Shown here piece after piece: positions 18,155 to 27,200 of a stretch of 64,000 nucleotides of DNA; position 1 is the first letter of the stretch, and each line of letters opens with the position of its first letter. The position numbers were made by a program, and so were the translations under genes. Below the pieces are notes generated by a model, which was not told the origin of the DNA, did no database searches, and worked only from the letters and a program-made list of their open reading frames with translations. The stretch comes from Candidatus Dormiibacterota bacterium. Its GTDB lineage: Bacteria; Chloroflexota; Dormibacteria; Aeolococcales; Bog-877. The stretch lies in the NCBI GenBank assembly GCA_035534695.1, contig DATLRN010000003.1, forward strand, positions 5,218 to 69,217, given 5' to 3'.

Positions 18155-19657
18155 TTAGAAGAATCCAAAGTATTCCTTCTGCTCCCACTCGGTGACCTCG
18201 ACCGGATCAGCCGCGTTGCCCGCCTCCTCGACGTAGCGGTTGTATTCGAAGCGCTTGAGCATTACCAGATAGTCGACGATCTCCCGGCCCAGGGCCTGGC
18301 GGAAGAACTGGTCCTGGTCGAGCGCCTCGATGGCCTCGCCCAGACTGGCGGGCAGGGCAGGTGCGTCTTCCGAGTAGGGATCCGCGTGCACCATCGGCGG
18401 CGGGTTGAGCTGGCGCCGGATCCCGTCGAGACCGGCCGCGATGTTGGCCGCCATATAGAGGTAGGGGTTGGCCCCCGGCTCACCCAGCCGATTCTCCAAG
18501 TGAGCGCCCTGGTCGCCGGGCTGCCCCTGGACGCGCAGCATCGAGCCACGATTCTCCAAGGCCCAGTTCACCCGGTTGGGGGCGAAGGAGTAGGGCTTGA
18601 AGCGCTTGTAGCCGTTGACCGTGGGGGTGGAGAAGACGGTCATGGGGATGGCGTGTTCCAGTATCCCCGCCGCGAATTGGCGCCCGGTCGGAGAGAGCAC
18701 CTCCTGGTCGCTGCTGGCGAACGCGCTGCCGCCCTTGTGGGCATCCTGGAGGGACTCGTGCAGATGCCAGCCGCTGGACGAGACGTTGGGCAACAGCGGC
18801 CGACACATGAAGGTGGCGTGGTAGCCCAGTTGATGGCAGATCTGCTTGGCGGCGGTCCGGAAAAGGATCATGGCGTCGGCCGGCCCCAGCCCCAGCTGGG
18901 GGTCGAAGGTTATCTCCGTCTGGCCTGGACCCCACTCGTCCTCGATGGTGCGCAGCGGGAGCCCCAGCGCCTCGAGGTGGTCGCGTAGAGGATCAAGGAT
19001 GGCGCTGATCTCGGCGAGGCGGGTCTCGGACAGGTACTGGTAGCCCTGGGCCACCACGCTCACCGGGAGTGCGGGTGGCGGCCAGCCGGTCTCGTCGATG
19101 GCGATCCTGCCCTGCTCGCGGTGGAAGATGTAGAACTCCACCTCGAGTCCGGCGGCGTACTCGAAGCCCATCTCTCGCGCCAGCTCGAGCTGGCGGCGCA
19201 GCACCTGGCGGGTGAACAGCCCGACTGACTTGCCGTTGCCGAAATAGGCATCCGAGAGCACCCAGGCGGTGTGGTCCGCCCAGGGCAGGATGTGGAAGCT
19301 GGTCGGATCCGGGACCAGCACCACGTCGGGGAATCCGGTCAGTTCAGGGACGCCGAAACCGCCGCCCTCGACGAAGGCGGGGGGGAAGACCTTGTTGGCG
19401 CTGTCGAGACTCAGGATGGCTCCCGAGAAGTCGATGCCGTTGCGCAAGGAAAGCAGAAAATCATGGCTCGAAACGAACTTGCAGCGGACCGCCCCGTGCT
19501 GGTCGACGACCCCGATCCGCACCGTCCGGATGTCGTTGTCCGAGACCAGCGCAGTCGCTCTCTCGGCAGCCGCCTGCATGGCTTCTGTGAAGAGACCGTG
19601 CTCTGCGATGAACCCTACCTTGCCGACCGCCAAGTCCCGCACTGGCGTTGTGCCCAT
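18155..19657 (-). CDS. Glutamine synthetase family protein (GS-like gamma-glutamyl ligase, function unassigned)
   Basis: GS catalytic-domain pattern (..GLEVEFYIF.., ..EWGPGQTEITF.., ..NGYKRF.., ..NRGSMLRV.., ..ENRLGEPGANPYL..). The start is set at ATG 19657, preceded by GGAGGAAAGG. The track ORF extends to 19753. Confidence 0.85.
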   Translation of the reverse strand: MGTTPVRDLAVGKVGFIAEHGLFTEAMQAAAERATALVSDNDIRTVRIGVVDQHGAVRCKFVSSHDFLLSLRNGIDFSGAILSLDSANKVFPPAFVEGGGFGVPELTGFPDVVLVPDPTSFHILPWADHTAWVLSDAYFGNGKSVGLFTRQVLRRQLELAREMGFEYAAGLEVEFYIFHREQGRIAIDETGWPPPALPVSVVAQGYQYLSETRLAEISAILDPLRDHLEALGLPLRTIEDEWGPGQTEITFDPQLGLGPADAMILFRTAAKQICHQLGYHATFMCRPLLPNVSSSGWHLHESLQDAHKGGSAFASSDQEVLSPTGRQFAAGILEHAIPMTVFSTPTVNGYKRFKPYSFAPNRVNWALENRGSMLRVQGQPGDQGAHLENRLGEPGANPYLYMAANIAAGLDGIRRQLNPPPMVHADPYSEDAPALPASLGEAIEALDQDQFFRQALGREIVDYLVMLKRFEYNRYVEEAGNAADPVEVTEWEQKEYFGFF

Positions 19658-19727
19658 GTGCCTTTCCTCCACTTTGACCGTGTCCCCCCGGAGCTCAGCC
19701 GCCGCCCGCCGGTGCACCGAACCCGGG

Positions 19728-20423
19728 TCAGGCGGGCACTGCATCCAGCGCAACCACCTCGGTTGGCGTCAGCCTAACCTGCCCACTGGCCTCCGGAAAA
19801 CAGAGGCTGAAGATGGCCTCGTCGGCGGAATGGAGGGCGGTGCTGACCAGCTGGGCCTCGCCCATCCCGAAGCGCCAGCCATCGTTTCCGCTGTTGCCCC
19901 CGTAAAAGAGCGGAGCTCCGACGGCCGGCAGGTAGGCCAGGTTGGCGGTTCCTCCCAGCTGGCGGTGGACCTCGGGAAGCGCGGCCCCGGGCTCGAGCCC
20001 ATCGGCAAGCAGCGCCTCGAAGAGGCGGAACCCGACCTCACTGTCTGCCTGCCCCGCCAGACTTCCGGCGAAGCGCTCGCGTAGCCGGCTCGCCCCTTCC
20101 AATCGGCCGTTGTGGGCGAAGGCGAAGGAGCCGTCCTCTGCCACGAAGGGTTGGGTGTCGGCCAGGGAGACGGTGCTCAACTGAGACGGTCGGCGGAGGT
20201 GGAGCAGAAAGTGAGTCGAGCAAACCTCAAGCAGCGAGGCTTGCCCAGCTTGATCGTCTGCCAGGCGCGTCGGGCTGCGATAGCGGCGCACCCTCTCACG
20301 CTCGCGCCAGGCCAGTCCCCAACCAAAGCCGCCAATGCCCGTTCGCTCCAGCTCCAGGCCCCAGGGAAGGACGTCCGAGAAGGGACGTGGCTCGGGCCAG
20401 ACGGCGATCAAGATCTCACACAC
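19728..20423 (-). CDS. Class II (Ntn-type) glutamine amidotransferase-like protein
   Basis: GTG 20423 gives an N-terminal M-CEILIAV, placing the nucleophile Cys at position 2 as in class-II GATases. An ..FAHNGRLEG.. motif is present. Confidence 0.72.
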   Translation of the reverse strand: MCEILIAVWPEPRPFSDVLPWGLELERTGIGGFGWGLAWRERERVRRYRSPTRLADDQAGQASLLEVCSTHFLLHLRRPSQLSTVSLADTQPFVAEDGSFAFAHNGRLEGASRLRERFAGSLAGQADSEVGFRLFEALLADGLEPGAALPEVHRQLGGTANLAYLPAVGAPLFYGGNSGNDGWRFGMGEAQLVSTALHSADEAIFSLCFPEASGQVRLTPTEVVALDAVPA

Positions 20424-21060
20424 GGCGGCCACCCAGGATGGGAGTCAGGTCGGTCCCCGCAGCCGACCGGAGCGACTCCACCTGGTGCAGCAGGGACTCG
20501 ATGAGTTCGAGGTCGAATGACTTCGGGGGTAGCTCACCCAGGCAGAGGAGCGTCTCGGTGCGCTCGATGCCACTGATCTTCCAGACCCGTTCGAAGAGCA
20601 CGTCGCGGAGGTGCTGCTGATCCCGCGCTCGTAGGCGTACCAAGAGGTCGGAATCCCCGGTCACCACTTCCACCTGCTCCACCTCGGGCAGCTTCCGCAG
20701 CCGAGCCACGGTCTCCGACTGCTCGCTGCCTTGGACCCCAGTGATCCGTACATACACCAAGAGTCCGTAGCCCAGGCGGCACCAATCGATCTCGGCGCGG
20801 TAGCCACGGATGACGCCGTGACGCTCCAGGCGAGCGATGCGCTCGGCCACCGCCGGCGCCGACATGCCTACTTCCGCGGCGATCCCCCGCACCGAGCGCC
20901 GGGCATCTCGGAGGAGCAGGACGAGGATCTCCAGGTCAACTGGGTCCAGAGCCGGCAGAGGGCCCTGGGGGGTTTCATTGGCGACCCCACTGGTATCGCT
21001 ATCAGTAAGGTGCGGGAGAGGCTTGACCAGCACGTCATGAGGATCGGTTCCGATGCCCAC
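20416..21060 (-). CDS. Lrp/AsnC family transcriptional regulator
   Basis: HTH DLEILVLLLRDARRSVRGIAAEVGMSAPAVAERIARLERHGVIRGY followed by an AsnC-type ligand domain. There is a roughly 38-aa N-terminal extension, so the start is uncertain. It overlaps the next gene by 8 nt. Confidence 0.85.
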   Translation of the reverse strand: MGIGTDPHDVLVKPLPHLTDSDTSGVANETPQGPLPALDPVDLEILVLLLRDARRSVRGIAAEVGMSAPAVAERIARLERHGVIRGYRAEIDWCRLGYGLLVYVRITGVQGSEQSETVARLRKLPEVEQVEVVTGDSDLLVRLRARDQQHLRDVLFERVWKISGIERTETLLCLGELPPKSFDLELIESLLHQVESLRSAAGTDLTPILGGRRV

Positions 21061-21066
21061 CTTTTC

Positions 21067-21100
21067 ATGATATGGGTAGAGCTGACAATTCGGCTATCAT
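21067..21100. promoter_or_regulatory. Inverted repeat in the lrp/cupin divergent intergenic region (candidate Lrp site)
   Basis: ATGATA (21067-21072) and TATCAT (21095-21100) are perfect 6-bp inverted arms, 22 nt apart, in the most AT-rich part of the 144-bp intergenic region. Confidence 0.25.
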
Positions 21101-21204
21101 CTGCGAGTTGGGCTGGCTGCCATCGTGGTGGTCAGGGGAGGCGGTCCGGGACGAGCGCTGAGGTGCGCGGGAGCCGTTTTCACCATCAGCGATGGGAGAG
21201 ATAG

Positions 21205-21624
21205 ATGAGCCTCGCGGACCAGTACTTTGGGCAGCCTGGGTCGGGTCGAGCTCCGACCGGCACGGGTCATTTCGTGGACCTGGGCACTGCGGAGCCAGTG
21301 GTGTTCGTGCCCGGACTCGAGTTCCGCCCCGCCTTGGGCGAGTCGACAATGCTCAATTCGGTTCGCTTCGCTCCCCACACCGAGGCGCCCGTCCACAGCC
21401 ACGACGAGGAGCAGATCACCTTGGTGGTGGAGGGCGAGTTGGAGTTCGACATCGACGGCGAGGTCCGGCTGCTGACGCCGGGGATGGTGGCGGTGATCCC
21501 CGCCAACGTTCCCCATGGGGCGCGTACCGGCGACATCGCCTGCCACGAGTACGACGTCTTCAACCCGCCCCGCCAGGCGCTGCTGGCACTGCGCGGCCAG
21601 GGCACCCTGCCGGGGGTCGGCTAG
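21205..21624 (+). CDS. Cupin domain protein
   Basis: 139 aa. Cupin motifs PVHSHDEEQITLVVEGE and VIPANVPHGA. GGGAGAG lies before the ATG. Confidence 0.75.
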   Translation: MSLADQYFGQPGSGRAPTGTGHFVDLGTAEPVVFVPGLEFRPALGESTMLNSVRFAPHTEAPVHSHDEEQITLVVEGELEFDIDGEVRLLTPGMVAVIPANVPHGARTGDIACHEYDVFNPPRQALLALRGQGTLPGVG

Positions 21625-21627
21625 CCA

Positions 21628-22410
21628 GTGGACCTGATGCTGACCGGTCGGCGGGCGATCGTCACCGGGGGCTCTAAGGGGCTGGGTGCGGCCATCGCCC
21701 GGGAACTGGTCCAAGAGGGTGCTGCCGTGGCCATCTGTGCCCGAAACCAGGCTGAGCTCGAGGCGACCGCTGCCGATCTCCGCCAGCAGGGCGGGACCGT
21801 GGTATCGCGGGTAACCGATGTGACCCGGCCCGAGCAGGTCGAGGTCTTCATCAAGGAGTCGGTCGCGGAGCTCGGTGGTCTCGACGTCCTGGTGAACAAT
21901 GCGGGTCGCGCCCATCCCGGCACCTTCGCCACTCTTTCGGACACCGATTTCCAGGCGGACCTGGACGTCAAACTCTTCTCCCAGATCCGGTGCTGTCGGG
22001 CCGCCCTGCCCCATCTCCGTCAGGCTGGCGGCGGCGCGATCATCAACATCAACGCCATCTACGGGCGTCAGCCCGATCCTGCCTTCTTCGCCACGACCGT
22101 CGACCGGGCTGCCTGTCTCGCCTTCAACAAGGCGCTGGCGATGGAGGTTGCCGGGGAGGGCATCCTGGTCAACAGCGTCAACATCGGTTTTGTCCGCACC
22201 CCGCAGTGGCATGCGATCCACCAGCGCCAGGCACCGGAGCTGAGCGAGGAGGACTTCCTGGCCAAGACGGCATCCCAAGAGGTGCCGCTGGGGCGCTTCG
22301 GGGAATCTGACGAGGTCTCCGGACTGGTCGCCTTCCTGGCCAGTTCCCGGGCCAGCTACATCACCGGGGCGTCGATCGACGTCAGCGGGGGCATGGGGAG
22401 ATACGTATGA
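21628..22410 (+). CDS. SDR family oxidoreductase
   Basis: TGGSKGLG cofactor motif, LVNNAG, and the general classical SDR layout. An alternative start at ATG 21637 is possible. Confidence 0.9.
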   Translation: MDLMLTGRRAIVTGGSKGLGAAIARELVQEGAAVAICARNQAELEATAADLRQQGGTVVSRVTDVTRPEQVEVFIKESVAELGGLDVLVNNAGRAHPGTFATLSDTDFQADLDVKLFSQIRCCRAALPHLRQAGGGAIININAIYGRQPDPAFFATTVDRAACLAFNKALAMEVAGEGILVNSVNIGFVRTPQWHAIHQRQAPELSEEDFLAKTASQEVPLGRFGESDEVSGLVAFLASSRASYITGASIDVSGGMGRYV

Positions 22411-23357
22411 CCACACCGGGAGAGACCGTCTACTTTGGCGGCGAATTCGTGAACGAGCATGAGGCTCGGGTTCCCATCACCGCCCACGCCTTCAACTACG
22501 GAACCGGCTGCTTCGAGGGCATCCGCGCCTACTGGAGCGAGGAGCGGCACCAGCTCTTCGTCATCCGGCTCAAGGAACACGGCCAGAGAATGCTGCGCTC
22601 GGCCCGGATCCTGCGCCTGGAGCCCGATCCAGCTCTCACCGAGGCCAAGCTCGAGGAGATCGTGCTCGAGCTGCTGGCCCGCAACGAGTACCAGCAGGAC
22701 GCCTACATCCGTCCCATCATCTACAAGGGCGGACACACGATCAAGGTCACCCTGGGCGGAATTCCCACCGAGTTCTGCTGCTACACCCTGCCCATGGGTG
22801 ACTACCTGGACATCCGCAAGGGTCTGCGGATGATGACCTCCAGCTGGCGCCGGATCGACGACAACGCCATCCCTGCCCGAGCCAAGCCAACCGGTGCCTA
22901 CCTCAACGCCGCCCTGGCGGCGGATGAGGCTAGGTCGCTGGGCTTCGACGAGGCCCTGATGCTGACCCACGACGGCCACGTTGCCGAGGCCTCCTCAGCC
23001 AACCTCTTCATGGTCCAGGACGAAGTCGTGGTCACTCCGCCCACCAGCGATGACCTGCTGGTGGGGGTCACCCGGGACTGCGTCATGGCGATGGTCCAGA
23101 AGAAGGGCTGGAAGCTTGAGGTGCGCCAGATCGACCGCAGCGAACTGCTCTGTGCCGACGAGGCCTTCCTCTGCGGGACCGGGGTTCAGATCGCCCCCAT
23201 CAGCCAAATCGATGGCCGCCAGGTCGGCGATGGCCGCTTGGGGGAGGCGACCAAAGTTCTTCAGGACTGGTACCTGCAGATCGTGCGGGGAGAGGTTGAC
23301 GACTTCGCCAGCTGGCGCACCGCGGTTGAGCCCGTGGCCCTCCCCGCCGGGCGCTGA
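22407..23357 (+). CDS. ilvE: Branched-chain amino acid aminotransferase (PLP fold type IV)
   Basis: ATGA overlap with the SDR stop. Motifs AHAFNYGTGCFEGIRAY, ..PTGAYLNAALA.. and LLVGVTRD are typical of IlvE-type class IV aminotransferases. A D-amino-acid aminotransferase cannot be excluded. Confidence 0.8.
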   Translation: MTTPGETVYFGGEFVNEHEARVPITAHAFNYGTGCFEGIRAYWSEERHQLFVIRLKEHGQRMLRSARILRLEPDPALTEAKLEEIVLELLARNEYQQDAYIRPIIYKGGHTIKVTLGGIPTEFCCYTLPMGDYLDIRKGLRMMTSSWRRIDDNAIPARAKPTGAYLNAALAADEARSLGFDEALMLTHDGHVAEASSANLFMVQDEVVVTPPTSDDLLVGVTRDCVMAMVQKKGWKLEVRQIDRSELLCADEAFLCGTGVQIAPISQIDGRQVGDGRLGEATKVLQDWYLQIVRGEVDDFASWRTAVEPVALPAGR

Positions 23358-23371
23358 CAGGAATACCAGAG

Positions 23372-23815
23372 ATGGCCTTGGTGAAGTTGGTCGAGGAGTC
23401 GGAAGCCCAAGGGCTGGTGGCGGAGGTCTATCAGGACATCATGACCAGCCGCAAGCTGGCCAAGGTGCCCAATTACTGGAAGGCGCTGGCCCACCAACCG
23501 GCGCTGCTGGCGGTCACCTGGGAGAGGCTCAAGACGGTGATGGCCGAGGGCGCCCTGGACCGGCGCACCAAGGAGATCATCGCGGTGGCCGTCTCCGCCA
23601 CCAACAACTGTGACTACTGCCTGCACAGCCACACAGATGCTCTCCGGGGACTGGGCCTGGGGGATGCCGAACTGGTGGAGCTGATGTCGGTGGTGGACTT
23701 TTTCAACGGATCGAACGCCATGGCGTCGGGACTCAAGGTTGAATATGCGGCTCCGGTCCCGATGGCGGAAGAGGGGCAGCCCGAGCGGGCATCCACAAGC
23801 AAGGAGGGGAACTAG
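23372..23815 (+). CDS. Carboxymuconolactone decarboxylase (AhpD-like) family protein
   Basis: 147 aa with CDYCLHSH (CxxC..H), characteristic of the CMD/AhpD core. Confidence 0.8.
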   Translation: MALVKLVEESEAQGLVAEVYQDIMTSRKLAKVPNYWKALAHQPALLAVTWERLKTVMAEGALDRRTKEIIAVAVSATNNCDYCLHSHTDALRGLGLGDAELVELMSVVDFFNGSNAMASGLKVEYAAPVPMAEEGQPERASTSKEGN

Positions 23816-25333
23816 ATGGCGACCAGCGAAGCGATTTCCGGAGGTGGTGGCCGGGAGGCTACCAGCGGACTGCGTCAGGGCAGTCTGCGCACGATTGACG
23901 CTGTGGCGATGGCGATCGCGGTGCTCTCGCCGGCGATGGCCATGGCCTATAACACCAGCGGTTCAGCGGCTTTCTCAGGCACCTCGACTCCGCTGGCCTT
24001 CCTCATCGGCGGCATCGGATGCCTGGCCCTGGCGTTCGTGGTCATCGGCTTCACCAGGCGGATGGCCTCGGCCGGATACGCCTACACCTATTCCAGCCGC
24101 ACCCTGGGCAAGAGGGCCGGATTCCTGACCGGCTGGATGTACTTCTTCGGATTCTTCTGCTTCGTGCCGATGACCATGAGCGGGGTGGGCGGTTTCACCG
24201 CCACTCTGATACAGACCGAGGTCTGGCATGGCATGCCGAGTTGGTTCTGGTTCCCTATCTTCGTGGTGGGTATGGCCTGCTTGGTCACGCTTGCCTACCG
24301 CGGCATCAAGATCAGCACGCGCACCCTGCTGGTGATCGGCCTGGTGACTGTCTCAGTGATCGTCATCCTCGACGTCATCCTCACCGTCAAGGGTGGCAAA
24401 TTCGGCCAGACACTGCAGCCCTTCACCTTCGGGCACACCCTGCAGGGTGGTTTCAGCGGCATCTTCTACGGTCTGATCTTCGGAGTCACCTCATTCATCG
24501 GCTTCGAGACCGCAGCCGTGCTCGGTGAGGAGACCAAGAATCCCCGGCGAGCAATTCCTCTCTCGGTCTTGGTGGCGGTTCTTTTCGCCATCGTCTTCTA
24601 CGTCTGGACTACCTACAACATCGCCATCGGAGTCGGTGTCAACGCCGCCGGATCCGCAGCGTGGGCAGGCAATCCCTCCATCCTGGCGACCCTGGCCCAG
24701 ACCTACGTCGGCACCCCGATGATGATCATCGTTGACATCGCCGCCATCGGGTCGGCATTCATCGTCTGTCTGGCTTGCGCGACTGCGGCCACCCGCACTC
24801 TCTTTGCCATGGGCCGGGAGGGGGTCATGCCGAACTGGTTGGGGCGGACCCACCCAGTCCACCGCACTCCCAGCAACGCCATCATCGTCCTGGGCACGAT
24901 TGCCACCATCTGCGCCTTCGTCAGTGGCATCCTCTGGAACCTCGGCCCCTACACCAACTACTTCTTCTACGCCAGCGTCGGCACCATCGCCGTGTGCCTC
25001 GTCTACGTCGTCCTCTGCGTTGGCGGCTCGGTATATTTCAAGCGCATCTCCGAGCGTTACAACGTGCTCATCCACGGCCTGATCCCGGTAATCGGCATCG
25101 CCGTCTTCGGACTGGCGGTCTACGGCTCGGTCTGGGGTGGCGCGGTGCCGCCCGCGCCCTACACCTACGTCCCCTACGTCAACCTGGGCTGGTTGGTACT
25201 GGGGGTCATCTTTGTCGTTTACTTGTCCGTCAACTCTCCAGAAAAGGTGGGGCAGATCGGGTCCATCCTGGGCGAGGAGGGAGGCGAGACGGCTGCCATC
25301 CTGGATCAACCGGCCGCCCCCGCCTCCGGCTAG
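23816..25333 (+). CDS. APC superfamily amino acid/polyamine permease
   Basis: 505 aa, about 12 hydrophobic segments, FIGFE motif region. ATG directly abuts the preceding TAG. Confidence 0.88.
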   Translation: MATSEAISGGGGREATSGLRQGSLRTIDAVAMAIAVLSPAMAMAYNTSGSAAFSGTSTPLAFLIGGIGCLALAFVVIGFTRRMASAGYAYTYSSRTLGKRAGFLTGWMYFFGFFCFVPMTMSGVGGFTATLIQTEVWHGMPSWFWFPIFVVGMACLVTLAYRGIKISTRTLLVIGLVTVSVIVILDVILTVKGGKFGQTLQPFTFGHTLQGGFSGIFYGLIFGVTSFIGFETAAVLGEETKNPRRAIPLSVLVAVLFAIVFYVWTTYNIAIGVGVNAAGSAAWAGNPSILATLAQTYVGTPMMIIVDIAAIGSAFIVCLACATAATRTLFAMGREGVMPNWLGRTHPVHRTPSNAIIVLGTIATICAFVSGILWNLGPYTNYFFYASVGTIAVCLVYVVLCVGGSVYFKRISERYNVLIHGLIPVIGIAVFGLAVYGSVWGGAVPPAPYTYVPYVNLGWLVLGVIFVVYLSVNSPEKVGQIGSILGEEGGETAAILDQPAAPASG

Positions 25334-25415
25334 TGCTGGGTTTTCCGGGCATTCCCGATCGGACCGTGGGTGGGAGCCGAGATGCCCCCACCCTGGTCCA
25401 TCGCGGTGACCTCCG

Positions 25416-26513
25416 GTGATCGACAGCCACGGCCACCCCATCACCGGTGCGGGTGAGGCGCTCGATCTCAGCGGCATCACCCTGGAGATCGTCGCCGACC
25501 AGTCCGCTCGCGAACTCCGGGCCAAGTCAGCCCCCACCCGCCTCAGCCAGGAACTGATGGCGGTTCGGCTCTCGGCGTACTTCGGCTGCGCCGTCGAGGA
25601 GCTCGGGGTGGCGCGAGCCCAGGTCAGTTCTGACTGGTCCGGGTACGTCTCCGGACTCTTCTCCGATGCCAAGATCGAAGGAGTCGTCCTGGATCCCGGG
25701 ACCTACGAGGAGGATCCCTCGGCTACCGCCGAGGCCATGACCAAGGTGGCCAACTGCCAGGTCCGGTCGATTATGCGGCTGGATCCGCTGCTGGACCGGA
25801 TGATCGCCGACGGGGGAACAGCGTCAGAGATAGTCAGCGCCGCCGAGGTGGCCGTCCGCCAGGCGCCCGAGCGGGGCTACGTGGGCCTGAAGACGATCCT
25901 CGCCTACCGTACCGGGCTCAACGTCAGTCCCGAGGCGACCCTCAAAGAAGCGGACTCCTCCCTGAGGTCAACTAAAGACCTGCCCACTCGCCGGCGGGGC
26001 AAGGCCTTGCGCGACCTGATCTGTCGACGGACGCTGGGCTGGGCTGCTGAACTCAACATGCCGATTCAATTCCACACCGGGTTCGGCGATTCCGAGCTGC
26101 GTCTCAGTGAGGCCAATCCCCTCGCTCTGGAGGAGTTGCTGCTGACCTCTGAGGGCACGGCAGCGACGGTGGTATTGATCCACGGCTCGTATCCCTGGCA
26201 TGAGGAACTGGCCTACCTGGCATTGGTCCGGCCCAACGTCCATGCCGAGATCTCTCTCTTCAACCTCTTCGCGCCCGCCACCATTGCTTCGCGGTTGGAG
26301 CGGGTGCTGGAACTGGCACCTTCCTCCAAGGTGCTCTGCGGTACCGACGGTCACGGCTCGCCGGAGTCTTACTGGTTCGCGGCCCAGGCTCTGCGCCAGG
26401 CTTGGCGGACGCTGCGCCAACGTTGGGCTGCTGAGGGTGCCCGGGAGAGCTGGCTGAGCGCAGTCGAAGGCGCCATCTTCCACACCAACACGGCGCACTT
26501 GTACGGCTTTTAG
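25416..26513 (+). CDS. Amidohydrolase family protein (amidohydrolase_2-like metal-dependent hydrolase)
   Basis: N-terminal IDSHGHP metal-binding motif, later PIQFHTGFGD and VLIHGSYPW. The layout resembles the TIM-barrel amidohydrolase_2 type. Confidence 0.72.
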   Translation: MIDSHGHPITGAGEALDLSGITLEIVADQSARELRAKSAPTRLSQELMAVRLSAYFGCAVEELGVARAQVSSDWSGYVSGLFSDAKIEGVVLDPGTYEEDPSATAEAMTKVANCQVRSIMRLDPLLDRMIADGGTASEIVSAAEVAVRQAPERGYVGLKTILAYRTGLNVSPEATLKEADSSLRSTKDLPTRRRGKALRDLICRRTLGWAAELNMPIQFHTGFGDSELRLSEANPLALEELLLTSEGTAATVVLIHGSYPWHEELAYLALVRPNVHAEISLFNLFAPATIASRLERVLELAPSSKVLCGTDGHGSPESYWFAAQALRQAWRTLRQRWAAEGARESWLSAVEGAIFHTNTAHLYGF

Positions 26514-26579
26514 AGAGATCGTTTAGGGCTCAACCCGCCTCGGCTCGGAGACCTCCAGATCGGGATCTGTAAAGGGAAT

Positions 26580-27200
26580 CTAGACGATACCCGGCCCATC
26601 GGTGTGCGGCAGCCAGTCCGGACGACGCGACTCGAACGCGCCGATGGCGTCACTTTCGCTGAGGGCCATGGCAATCGGATCACGACCGCTCAGCAGACAG
26701 TCGCGCCCAAAGGGGTCGACGGCGAAAGTAGCAACCAGACCGTCGTCGTCGCGTACCTCCTGCCTCTGCAGATCGACGGTGATGTGGTAGCCGCCTCGAG
26801 CCGCCCGTTCCCGGAGACGGCTCACCGAGACCGACTCCAGACGTACTGGAAGCAGTCCATTCTGCAGGGAATTAGCGGTGAAAATGTCGGCAAATGAGGG
26901 CGCGATCACCACCGCAAATCCCATTCCCGCCAACGCCCATACCGCATGTTCCCGAGACGAACCGCAGCCAAAGTTCCGCCCGGCGATCAGAATCGTAGCT
27001 CCGCGGTAGATGGGCTCGTTGAGCTCGAAGTCGGGGCGCGGTTGACCGTTCTCGTCGTAGCGCCAAGCAAAGAAACAAGCGTCACCGTAGTCATTTCGAT
27101 CGGTGCGCTTGAGAAACTGCTTGGGAATGATCTGATCGGTGTCGACGTCGTCGCGGCTGAGGGTAGCGCACAGTCCTTGGTGAATCGTGAAGGCGTTCAT
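26580..27200 (-). CDS. leuD: 3-isopropylmalate dehydratase small subunit
   Basis: [18 protein letters not shown].., [16 protein letters not shown] 27200 overlaps the leuC stop (ATGA). The longer track ORF to 27596 is a read-back into leuC. Confidence 0.92.
   Translation of the reverse strand: MNAFTIHQGLCATLSRDDVDTDQIIPKQFLKRTDRNDYGDACFFAWRYDENGQPRPDFELNEPIYRGATILIAGRNFGCGSSREHAVWALAGMGFAVVIAPSFADIFTANSLQNGLLPVRLESVSVSRLRERAARGGYHITVDLQRQEVRDDDGLVATFAVDPFGRDCLLSGRDPIAMALSESDAIGAFESRRPDWLPHTDGPGIV

Noticed and set aside
16132-18988. Long alternative-frame ORFs: 16132..17046 (-), 17105..17612 (-), 17879..18988 (+). Similar cases are 24491..25672 (-), 44008..45345 (-), 57794..58798 (-) and 63183..63833 (-)
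   Set aside because: All overlap strongly supported genes on the other strand or frame and have the Arg/Pro/Gly/His bias expected from out-of-frame translation of GC-rich coding DNA.
21097-22416. 439-aa minus-strand ORF spanning the cupin and SDR genes
   Set aside because: It is antisense to two motif-supported genes, has Arg/Gly/Pro/Leu-rich low-information sequence, and has no RBS or family signature.
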